The notes beneath the pieces are model-generated. The model saw nothing but the letters and a program-made list of their open reading frames with translations, was not told the origin of the DNA and ran no database searches. From Amoebophrya sp. A120 (Eukaryota > Protista > Dinoflagellata): DNA of 64,000 nt. The DNA lies in NCBI GenBank assembly GCA_905178155.1, contig CAJINV010000007.1:3366265-3430264 (forward strand), written 5' to 3'. Positions 21,205 to 33,325 of the stretch are shown here, one piece after another (within the stretch, counting starts at the first letter, position 1; the number at the start of each line of letters is the position of its first letter). A program made the position numbers and the translations under genes.

Positions 21205-23700
21205 CTTTAATCGGGAAAAGGCGTTCCACCAGTGGCGAACCGCTTTTCACACTGGCATTGTGGCGTACTTCCCGCCCGGGGTGGTGGATCTGGATGAGAA
21301 GGATATCCAAGCAAATACAACCGACGTGAAAGCTCATGATATTGCAGCGCAGAATGGCACGGTGATTGAAGGGGGAAAGAACACCATCAATACAACAAGC
21401 AGCGCAACAAGAACGTCACCGCTGTGGGAGAAAAGCGCCAACACGATTTGGTTAGATTTCCTAACTACCGCTCGCGCGCTCCGCGGAAAAGCACTGTTCA
21501 GTGCGACGAACGACTTGCGGATGGTGCACAATGCCGCTGAAGGCAATGAAATGAATGCTGTTGCTGACGGAACGGCAACGGCATCAAGTCCTCGTGATTC
21601 AGTTTCATCATCGCACGATGAAACAAGTCGCCAAGTCCAAATCTACGTTTTCAAGTCGGCCGAGAACCGTGCGGTAAAGTACCCGACTCCGGAACAACTA
21701 ACCGCAGAGAAGCTGACCGAGTTCAGCAAAAGACTCGCAGTTCCGCTCGTCTCCAACTTTGATTTTCACTCCAGGCAACAGTTAGCAGAGTTGAAAATGC
21801 CCATTGGGCTCCTCTGGGTGCAGAATCAGGACGAAAACATTGATACAGCTCTTGCCAAACAGGAACTGGAGCGGAAAGGAGGGTCAGCAAAGAAAGTCAA
21901 TGACAACTACACCGGAGCTGCATCGTCCGGCAGCGTTTCGGAAGATGACAGTGGCGAAGAGATGAACTACCGCAGCGAGGAAGAGGATGTAGATGAAACT
22001 ACCACCGCCGTTGAGATCGTCGAGAAACTGGCGCGGAAATTCGAGGGCAAGATGGCATTCGCGAAGTTAAATGTGACGACCGAGGGCATTTACATGCGGG
22101 AATTCGGGTTTCACCCGGCGAGATCCCTTCCAGCGTTCGGAATTGTCAACACCGTCGACGCGCTGACAGGCGGTGCTCCAGGAGGAATGCAAGGAATGCC
22201 GGGGTTGGAAGGTACAGCCTGATTGCTCGTGTAGTGGTCCGGCGGTTGTACTTACCTCCGCTTTTCCTTTTTTCGTCTCTTTGACAGCTTGCACTACAAA
22301 ACTTAATTTTTTGTCTAAGAAGCAAGCTTGCACTACACTGTCTCTTTGACAGTGAGATCAAGATGTTTTACTATTCATAAGGAGGGAACGAAGGGGACCT
22401 ACAGGCACGAATCTTGTTCGAAATCTACATCTCACAAGGCACGAAGTCCTCGCTCGCTTTGGACGGCGGAGCCCGCTACGCGTTTGCAGAACGGGTGACA
22501 CAGGGTTCGGAACAGAAGTTGGCCCAGTTCGTCGACACCTACTTGCACGACCAGCAGAAGCTCTCAAAGGCTTTTCGCACGAACGAGCTGTCGGCGAAGT
22601 ACGAATGGCTGGCGAATCGGGGACAGGTCCAGGAAACGGTGTGGAGCCGACTGTGGGAAGATTTGGGATGGTGGAGCGAAACCAAAAAAGACTCTCATGT
22701 CCTCTTCGAGCTCTACGCGCCGAACCGTCCGCAACACTCTACCCACATGCTGCTGGTGAATTTGCTTGCTGTCGCGCTGAAGAAGGTGCAAGGGTTCAAA
22801 ATTGTGCGAATGGACACGGAAAACAATCACGTGCCAGAGGAATTCAAGAAGCCTTCTTTCGCATCAAGTTCATCTAGCAAGAATAAGCATCTGAGGTCTG
22901 AGAAACAGCACAACTCAGCGCCCGGAGCAAACATTTTCGACACCGCGAGCGGACAGGCTCCTGCAGCAACGGAATACTTCTTCCTCGATACGAAGGCAAG
23001 GAAGGTTACACGCTTCAAGAGTTTCCAAAGCGCGAAATTGCTCGATTTGCCGGTGAAGTTATTGCAGTTCGTGAAAACGCAGCTGGAGAAGGGAGTAGAA
23101 GGCTTGGAAAGAACTGCACATGTGCAACAGGATGAAACTGCAGAGACGGAAGATGAAAAAGAGACGAGCAAGATCGCTGAAATAAACGAAGAACCGTCAA
23201 AATTTGCGAGTGGAAATGCTGCTCATGTTGCTCGTGCGCAAGTAGAGGAACTTTCCACCGCAGATTACGAGGAACGTGAGGAGGCGGACGAGCACCGCGA
23301 GGTGGACGAGCCACGGTTACTGACATCAAACCCCATGATGATCGGGTCTACTTCAGGGGCTGTAGCTATGCTATCTCCTTCCTCTCTTTTTTCTGAACAC
23401 GGCCACTTCAAACCCGAGCCCCTCCCGGTCGTCTTCAGTGCCGCAAAAGAGTTTGTGAAACGGGAAGTCCGCGAGAAGGTGCGGAAAATGAAGCGGATCG
23501 AGCGGGAGCGAGAGAAGAAACACCACGAAGCCTGGGCGCAGTACGAAATCGAGGAGTTTTTACGGTACGAGAGGAAAGGATACGACTTACACGGAGCCGC
23601 TGGGATGGCCGGGTCGTTGGGGAATCTAGCTGCAGGAATGGGTGGGGGGAAAAATGGAGGTGGTGGTGGCGGGGGCGGCGGGAGAAAATCTAAAGATTGA
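21205..23700 (+). CDS. 3' part of the thioredoxin/PDI-like host gene (exons 21205-22211 and 22382-23700)
   Basis: PDI b'-like segments (EKLARKFEGKMAFAKLN...REFG...LPAFGI; LFELYAP...IVRMDTENNHVP) resemble repeats in the 5' part. Phase-1 GT-AG intron 22212-22381. Confidence 0.75.
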
Positions 23701-24903
23701 AATGGAAGCTACTTATCTTGTTCTAAAGTTCATCAAGCTTGTTGTAGTAAATTGCCAGTGTGAACGAGGAGGAGGTATTGGGCTCTCAGGAAGTAAAAAT
23801 CACCATCACATCTAATGAGTTTCTTTATCCAGATGACCAGAATGGCAATGGTTCCGTACAAAATCTAGCGAACAAACAACTCATCTGCAAGTTGAAAGAG
23901 AAACGTGTGTGTCTATAAACGAATGTCGCCGGAATCGGAATCGGAAAGTCAAAGTTGTTAGTTGTAGAAAACATGCGTACTGATACTGAAGGCATCAAGG
24001 CATGGCCCAAAATTAGCAGCGTTCGCATGTCCTATCAGCTGTACTAAAATCGAAAATGCATCGGCTGCAGCTCTTCATGATGTGGTCGATGTCGTGACGG
24101 CACGAAAGGCAAAGGTCGGTTGTTACTGCTCGCTCCTACGTATCGGTTTCTAGTCCTTGAATGAACACCATAGAAGGTGTGTTGCTTCGGTGACGGTTTC
24201 CGACGCCAATAAAGGTGGCAAAGATACTTCTCATTGTGCCACGAAAGGAGTTTGACGATCTACGGCTCAAAGAACTATTCATGACTCGGCCTGTTGTCCA
24301 CATTGAGATCTGAAATTATTGAATTTAGAAGTCTAATTTCTAGATGACGCACAACTAATCGCCATGAACAACCGGATATCTTTTATGTATTTTTGTTGCC
24401 TACGGTGCGATGTTGCAAGAATGACTCTCACGTCGTTTTTTTTTTGAATCAGGCTACAGCAATACGCACACACGAAGATGTTACGCGATTTTTATCATGG
24501 GCTGGACAGTTGCAGTTTCAGTTGCAATAGCCGTGCTTTACTACTTTCGTTAGCATGCAGCACGAATACATTACTAAATTAGACTCAAAGTTAGCTTTTG
24601 AATTTGAACGAATGTACATCGACGTAGCGGCGGAGAAATATTGACCTCGGCGTTCGCAACATCGTTTTCCGTCATTAGCTCACGACGTTTAACGTCTCCT
24701 AAGAACTTGAACATGGGAATGGGATTCTTCTTGAGCACGAGTCTTATTACAACCACAAGGACCTTCGCCTGACCTGAAGCCAAAGTGGCTCGCTGCAAAT
24801 ACGCACGTAAAATTGCGCGGGCCTGAGTTGCTTTTTCACGGTGGTCGATTTCATCTTGTCCTGCCTCGAAAACAAATCAGCCCAGTAGAAGACAGCATCG
24901 ATC

Positions 24904-27900
24904 ATGCGTGCCCGTCGCAATTCCCAATTTTCCGAGGACTCGGAGGACCTCCACGTGGGCCCCGGCCACGTCAATCGCGAACTCCGCGATGTGACGAGCC
25001 AGAGCTTTCCGGCGCCGAGGATAGGCAAAACGTCGAACAACCGATTTGAATTCGACAGCGAGGAGGAGCTGCATTTCGACCTGGCGGATGTCGACGCGGA
25101 CGAGCAGCGGCGGCGGAAAAACCGCGAAGACGCGAGCTTCGTGCAGTGGTGCTTCATATTCTCCTGCTGTCTGGTCTTTGCCGGGTTTGTGTTTTTCTTG
25201 CTGTCCCTCCGCGCGAACTCTTTGAACAGCCAGAAATTCACCAGCCCGAGGCCGCCGCACCGAAGAGACGAACTGCTTCCGGCGCGAGAAAGGGCAGCAG
25301 CGGCGCAAAAGAAAATTTCGCCGAAAAGAACAGTGGGAGAGGATCATGGTGCGGACAGTACAACAGCTGCTGGTGCTGCCACTCACACTAGCCACAGGAG
25401 TAGAGCAGCAAGCCCGAAAAAACCAAACCCGAACGCGAAGGGGATTCCCCTTTCTGATAAGCTCAAGGAGGAGTCTTTGGAGCGCGAAAGACTAGCAAAA
25501 AAAGAGCAGCACCAAACAGAAGAAGGGGCCCATCCCCCCACGCAGCACCACAGCCACGGGCCGGACCAGCCCCACCCCATGTCGCCGGCCCACACGGTAA
25601 ATCTGATGATGGAGAAGCGCTACGAAAAGCTGGTGAACGCCATCGCGGACCGGCAAAGGGAACTGGCCAAACAGCCGAATCCACCGGACGAAAACGACCC
25701 GAGTTTCCACCTCATTCCCGTGCTGAAACACCAGCCGCGGCTGCGCGACGGTAACCTGGACCATAGAAACGCGCCGCAGCCGGCGCTGACCTCGCCGAGG
25801 CAGCGCGTGGACTTTGGGTGGCGGTTCGAGAATCCGTATCCCGACCTACGGAACGTCGCGCCCGAAGCGTTCATGGAGCAGGTGAAAAGCTCGGTCAAGG
25901 GAAGATTTGCGAGCGCAGAGGACCACGTGCTGGACCTGTGTCGAGGCAGAAAAGCCCGGTTGCCGGATGGCGAGGAATACGTCATGTACACGTTGAACAC
26001 GGCGCAGATGTGGAGACAAGCCTGCTTCAATGCGTTTTACACGGTAATAGAACTGGAGAAATCTTGTTTTTTTCTAACCAGCCACCTGAATGTTTATTTT
26101 GCAGTGACTGACGCATGGTTGTATCTGCCCTTGTTGACGTGAACCCACCAACCGCGTTTGGTCTAGGAACGAAGCTACGAGTATGACAAGTGCAAATCAT
26201 TCCTTTACATAAACATAAACGAACTAAACTCACCGCACAGGTTTTCACGAAAGAGTACCAGGAGCAGCAGCAAAATCCGCAACAGAAAGTCCTCCGCTTC
26301 GGGGACTTTATCAAAAGAAAAAAGTTCGTCACGATCACTCATGAGCATTTTTGCAATACAAAAAATGCCTGTCATGCGTAAAAATGCATCACAGCCAAAC
26401 TTCATAGGAGATTTCCCTTTGTGTTTCTGCAATACAAGCAAAAGTTGTGATGCTAAAAAAATTTGTAATGCTAAATCTCCAAGTTAATGACTGTGACAAA
26501 CTTTTTTCTTTCTATAGACTTTCAATCACTTCACTTTTTCTTTCCCGACGGCAACTACGCGCCGCAGCCGCACGAGGGGTACCACGTGCCGCAGGGCTTC
26601 CCGGTTCCGCGACAGAGCAGCATCAGGGCCAATTCCGTGGACCAGAACGAGATTCTCCGCGGCATCAACGACATGCTGGACGACGCGGGGGACGAGAATT
26701 TGGTCTTTCTCACCATGCACGTGAACCGAAACTTGAAGGAATACCCTGGGTACGAAGTGCAAACCATTGCGTTCTACGCCATGGTCGGCAGAAGAGACAT
26801 CCGACCGGTGGAGGAGCAGAGCCGCTGGTGGGGCGCGAGCAGTGACGAGGAGGATGAGGAGGAAAGGTATTGAGAATATAAGTATAGTACTTAGTTGCTT
26901 CAATGAGGTTTCAGTCATGCCGTTCACGTTCTGCATTTGAAAGGAAGTTGAAGTTCTGCTAGGCATTATGGTACGAATTCAATTTTTTGATTTTATCCAA
27001 GAACTCTAGTAAGGCAAGTCATCGCTCGAGGTTTGATGTCATGATGGTTCAGCGCAACATGAAAAAATATTTTATCCTCTGCCGCGAATGCATTTCCTTT
27101 TCCTTTTCCACAACAGCGCCGCAGACCAGCAACACGCGGCTCAGCACAAAAAGCACCACCACTACAAGCCGAAAGTGGGCGGTGGCGTTTGGAAGGTGCA
27201 GGTGGCGAAGGACGAGCGGGGGCACGACGTGTGCCCCGGCTCCATGGTCCAGCTTTTTGACACGCTGAACGAGATGCGGTTCAGCATTTGGCCGGATTTT
27301 GACATCACACTCATCCTGGACGCCTCCTGGTCGTACGCGACCGGGGATACCCAGAACGCGGAGTTCACAAATGAGAACAAGCAGGCCTGGCTGAAGAGCA
27401 GCGAGAAGATGCGGAGGTTTATGCTGAAGCTGATGGACCCGAACTTGAGCGACAACCAGAAGCTGCAGATCCGGGCGCAGATCCTGGAGGGCGTGAAGAC
27501 CCCGGGCAGGAATTGCTACCTGGCCCCATTACTGGCGAATCGGTACACAGATTTGACTCGGATGTCGGCCGTAACGGACAACTCGGTGGCGATATGGGAC
27601 AAGCACACCTACCCAAACATGAACGTTCCTGGGTTGTTCCCCGGAATCAACTACTACATCTTCTACATGCCGGAAATCAAGGCGGGCGAAAGGGGCGAGA
27701 GGTTCGAGTACGAGGGGGGATTTGGCGTGCACGGCAGCCAGGGGCAACAGCATCAGAATTTTGTTGGCCCGCCGCACCCCGGCGGCCACGACATTCAGCA
27801 GCAACTTCCGTATGAAGATCTTGACGAAGACAGCAGGTACTTTCACGTGGACCAAGAGGGCCAGCAGCAGTTTTACCACGATCAACAACTACGTGGAACA

Positions 27901-28347
27901 AACAGTAGAGTACAGAATCATGCCTCACAGGAGGATGAAAACTGGCACCATTACGACAACCACCAACGGCTCCAACAAGAACATCACTCACCAGGGCACC
28001 ACCACCAGAATCACTATCACGCCGACGGGAATCGAAATCATGATGGAAGTAGAACGGATCAACATCTGCAAAGTCACGCGGGAAATCATGACCGGCAGCA
28101 CCACCACCCGTACTCGCCGGAAGAAGCGGAGGAGTTTGGTGTTCCCGAGCATAATGGACATGAGGAGTTCTACCACGACAATGGGCAATTTTACGACGAA
28201 CACGACTACGACGAGCAGGAGGAAGCAAGAAGGGAGGAAGAGGAGAACCAAGCATCTCGTCGACAACATCTTCAAAATAGACCTGCGCACGTGGATCATA
28301 CACAGAGAGCGAACTACAAGAGGAGGAATGGTGGCGACCTGGGTTGA
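24904..28347 (+). CDS. Type II membrane protein with possible VWA/MIDAS-like motif and His/Gln-rich tail (about 4 exons)
   Basis: Single TM segment (FVQWCFIFSCCLVFAGFVFFLL). In-phase GT-AG introns 26044-26240 and 26867-27116; intron ~26330-26545 has unresolved ends. ILDASWS fits DxSxS. Confidence 0.6.
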
Positions 28348-29411
28348 GGAGACGTGCGCGTTTCTTCGATCTATGTATACTTCTTCACGCTGCATTTATT
28401 CACGAGCACAAGTTGACAACTACATCTCGACCTTTTCAATATTTCCCATACGAATTTCATGCGACAGCACTTCTAGTTCTAACTCAACACCACGCTCGTT
28501 GGCGTTTTCGTTCGGCCCCGAACGACGAGGTTATTCCCCAAAATGAAAATATTAGGAGAGTTGTTCACTCACAAACTTTCAATCATCGTAAAGGAAAGCG
28601 CATACAAGCACAGATGATTCGACGACAACTCATCTTTACACGATGGCACTTTTCTATATACACGACTCAATGTACTGGCTTGAACCACATGCCGCACATA
28701 CTTAGCTGCAAAATGTACCAGGTTGAGCCGTTTAGAGCGACCCATAGCGAAAAATTTTTGCGAGGCGGCTTTTACATCAATTCATTGAGTAAGAAGTTTT
28801 CGAACAGATGCGCGGCAGATCTCCCGCGGCCTGTGCTGAGCCTTCGATATGGACGATTGTTCATGAATGCTCCGCCTCTGCCACCGGGTGGCCTTCTGTC
28901 ACAGGTGACCCGTGATGTAGATGCAAGGCCTTCTGATGTTCTTCTTCTTCATTGTTGGCATGGTAGGTCGTGAGCAAGGTGAGTGTGTTCATTGTCCCGA
29001 CATAAATACAAATTGGGGTGTTGAGAGTATTTCCTGCAAATGGAAGAATTTCCTGGCCGATATCTTCGTCTCACATCTTCTTCAATGCATATCTGGCGCT
29101 GAATCAAGTCGTGTAAGTAAGTCTCAAAAAACACGAACATCACCGGCATAGGAATTGTAGTGACGAGCGCAAAGGCAAAGGGTTACCAATTCATATCGTA
29201 ACTATTCTGTTGTCCTTTACCTCTACATATTACAAATTCGACATGTAGCAACAGGCAACCGTGGTTCATCAAAAACAGAGAGAGACCATACCAGGACGAA
29301 CGCAATGTCCGACCGAGACGAGGAGAGCAAGCGAAAGGAAATGGTTGTGTATCGTGACGAGTGACAAAGACAAACAAGAGAACTACCCTTCAAAATCATT
29401 CCCCCGCCACG

Positions 29412-31542
29412 ATGGTCGAGCTCCACGTCCTGGACCTCGCCGGCACGCCCCTCCGCCTGTCCGGCGACTTCCGGACCGGCGCGGAGGTGCGACAGGCGGT
29501 CGCCGAGGCGAAGCGCATCCCGGTGTCGCTGTGCTTGCTTTACTGGGACCCTTTTCCCAGTTCGTCCCCCGCCAGAGACGGGTGCAGCGCGCTGGGGGGA
29601 TCCACGAGCTCCTCTGGCTCGGAATCGGAGTTCATGCTGGAGAGGTACGATCCGAATAAAGCTGCTGCAGCTGGGCAACAGATTTCGTACGGCAACGGCG
29701 GCGGAGGTCCTCCAGGAGGGTGCGTGAACAGCAGCGCTGGAGGGCCAGGCACGACGACGAACTCTACAAGCGGCGATAAAGTGCAGAACAATCCTGTCGT
29801 GGCAGGAGGACCAACGTCAGGAACAACCACTACAGGTCCTCTTCTTGAGGACACTCTCCGTGGAGGCAGTGTCGACGAGATGCTTACGCCCACTGCATCA
29901 ACGACGACTCAAAATCAGCCCCATGGTGTGCTCACCGGAAACTCGCTCGCAACCTCCAGTTCCTCTACCACCTCGATGTCCGAGCAGCAACGGTTACGAG
30001 CTGGCAGCCACCACACGACCGCGACAACGCACAGTCACAAGAGCGACCCGGGGGGCGTTGCGAGCGTCGTGTTTCTGCTTGACAGCGACATCGTGTCGCT
30101 ACCGTCAACCTCGGCCGCCGCGTCCGGGAACAACGGGAATGGGACACTTTTGGAGAGCGAAAACGAGAAGGCCTCTGCGTCGCCACCAACACTGCGGCTC
30201 ATTGTCACCACCGCGGACTTTTCCGAGTATGTAATGCTTGTATGTTCCACCTTGTAGTTTGGTTTGTGCTGATGTCAGAGTTGTGTCAGTGTCAAACGTA
30301 TATATCAACACAACTGAACTTCTCCGCGTCTCACGTGTCGAGGCCTTGCTCATACGCATGATAGCCAAATCGTTCTGGAGGATGCTCCGTTGTATGTAGT
30401 TCTTGCCAAAAATCACATCAAAATGAACACCCAGTTTCCCTCGGCAACCCCAGGAGCCTGAATGGCGTGCGTTATCCGAGAGTGGGATTGCCCGGTGTCG
30501 GGACTACGTTTTCCAGGAGGAGTACCGGAAGGTATCGGACCTAACGCTGCCCCAGCTGCTGCGATACTTAGCGAATCGGACCGGTTTCGACAATTTGCTG
30601 GAAGCCTACGTGGAAGATGAGCAGCGAACCCCGACAAGCGCTTGGCTGGACGTGCAGGTACAACTATTTTCGGCATGTCTTTGTCGTTCAGCAGCAGATG
30701 AACTACGCATTTCAGAAAATCATGTGAGTTAACCGCAGCAGGAACAAAAAACGGCAACAGTATGCATAAGTACTTGTACTAGTAGTTGCACCTCTTGCAA
30801 CATCACACTCAAGGGCCTTCTGTACAGCAGCCCCCCGGGCGGCGGCGGGTCCTCCCCAGATTTGCTGAAGCTGGCCGAAAAAGCGGAGCGGGCCTCGTCG
30901 AAGAGCAGCAGCCCACCCGACCAGCCTGATCCTGCGGCAGACACAAGAACCCAGAATCAACAAGGCCAACCTACTAGCGCGATGAAGAACGCGAACACAT
31001 ACAGCCCGAAGAACCCGCCGGCCATCCCAAAACAGCAGCGGAAGTGGCCCGCGCTGTTTTTTCTCTTGAGGAAGGCGGAATTTTCCCCGCGGATCCGCAC
31101 GAAACTCCTCCACCGGTCGGATTGCCAGCTGCTGCTGAACTTCGTGCACCCGGAAACGTGTGAAACCTGCTTGATCCTCGGCGGCTTGTTCTCCGGGAAG
31201 CAGTTCCTCCTCGACATGCTCGCGAAAATTCAGGTGACGACTTCCTGCGTGAACGCGGTGTCGAACCTCTGCTCCGAATCGGAAAAGACCTGCGCGACCT
31301 GCTTGGCGAACTTTTTCCAAGTGGGGTGTTTTGAGGGCTTCGAGGAGATTCTGAAAAGGGACGACTTGGAGCTGGAGATGCTGGCCATCACCTACAACTA
31401 CCTAAAGGAAATCGGCCGCAAGTACGCGGAAACGCAGCGTAACACGGGACGGAAACCGTCGAAGAAATTGGACGCTTTAGGGGTGTACCTGCGAAAAGTG
31501 AAAGAGCGGCTAGGAGGAATGGACTACGTGTTCAGCGATTGA
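29412..31542 (+). CDS. Hypothetical protein with possible ubiquitin-like N-terminus (2 exons; intron ~30231-30813)
   Basis: ORFs 29361 and 30862 are joinable in phase 0 by a GT-AG intron; MVELHVLDLAG...EVRQAVAEAKRIP is Ubl-like. Confidence 0.55.
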
Positions 31543-33325
31543 CGAAAAACAAAACCACCGTTTTTAGAGGTCCTCCGTTCTGCCAATGCAGAAGCTAGTA
31601 CACCGCGAATGAGCTTAAGTCGATGCTATTGGGCATGGCCTTCAGTTTCATGCGGTCTTGTGCAGGATAGCGAATGACGAGAATGACCCATCATTAACAT
31701 TACTCTACGCAACAAAAATCTTCCGCGGCTTTGGCTTCCTCTTCTTGCTTTATGATTGCTTCGACAGTAGAAGACAACATTTTCAACACGACTGCAAAGT
31801 CTTGCACTTGTTTTTACACAGATGAATCGAAATGCACATGTACCTGTAGGAAACTGTAACTGATAACTCTCCTTGTGCTAGTTATACCCATGGCTATAAC
31901 CTCTATCATACACCTCAGTTCTAGAGGACCTCCACACACAAATAAAATGCAACTCGCTGAAGCACGCTCCCAAAAGAATATCGATGACGTTTTCGCGGAG
32001 TAGCTACAGGAGTTGTTCGTACCTACTAGAATTTTTTAGGACTGCTGGACGTATTACCAATGTAACAAAGAAAGCACTTGACTGCTCCTGTTACTGTCTT
32101 GGTCTCCGAACTGTACGACCAACATCTTTTAGTGTCAGCCTTAGACCACCGACCTTGCCCGCTCTGTCTTCTTACTTTCCCTTTAGGACTTTTTGACCAT
32201 GGGCACCTTCGCTCTGAATTAGAGTTGATAAGGCCCCACTGCTGTATTGAAGGCGACATGTCGCTACTGGTACTGGTGTAACCTTTGTCAACATCTTCGC
32301 CGGTTGTGTCGTATTACTACCTAGTGATCATGATGAAGAACTTGATCTTATGTGTAATGCTAATAATGCCCTCTTTACATGTTGCATGGCTTTCCCCGCC
32401 ATCCTTGCGATTGACCATCATCTACCCTGGCGTGACACGGTCCGCACCTCGCAGTCAACGACTATGATCTTCCCACCACCTGTGGTCGGAATACTTTTTT
32501 ACGAAATCCTTGCCATTTCTCACCTGATGGTCTGATGATGAGTATGTGTACTCCACAACTACTTCTACTTCAACTTTACTTTCTCGCGATCGCGTTCGGA
32601 TTTCAATTTTTCGTTTTTGAAGCAAACTGCAGACAGTCAAAGTCTAAAATAAACCGAGGACAAACCACCCAGTGCTACGACGGCGTCGTGCTAGATGAAA
32701 GACCAAGCGTACAAACGGATTTAATTCGTGGCTTTGCTTTCGTCTGTGTCTGTCAAACAAAAAGTAGTCGCCGTCACTTTGCATAGTAAAAGCAAGGCAG
32801 GTGCTGGTGCACATTGATTTTGAAGGGCTTTTTTTTTCTTTCATCCAGCACCTTCCTTGTTGCGTTATCACACAGTCGAGTCGTCTGGCTCGTAGTGGCA
32901 ACGAGGGCAGGTGGGCGCAATTTTTTCCTGGAGTGCTGGAAGTCGAGCGATGTACTTATCACTCGGAGCGGATTTTTTCGTTTCTTTCCATTGTGTCTGA
33001 GTGAAGAATCTGCATATGTGCACCGTGGTAGTTGACACAGCAAGGCGGGTTTCGATATTAATTGTGATTGAGGGCACTGCGTGGTTTTACATTCTCGTTC
33101 TTGTGCTCGCGGTTTATTATTATTTCGAGGAAAGCACCACATTTTGTTCGAGAGGAGCACAAAAAAACTACACGAACAGAGAGACAGAGAGACCACACGA
33201 CAAAATGAAAATAAGTGACTTCTATGCACGGTGGCGAGAAGAACAAGAATCACGCACCAAAAAAAAGGGCGCTGTCATATAATTCAAGTTAGTTCTTCAA
33301 GGTTCGTGCAGACGCGCAACCGAAG

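Noticed and set aside
31550-33300. Short ORFs in intergenic stretches (also 28344-29300, 39884-41509, 54684-55188)
   Set aside because: No motifs, non-coding composition, and no splice links to neighbouring genes.
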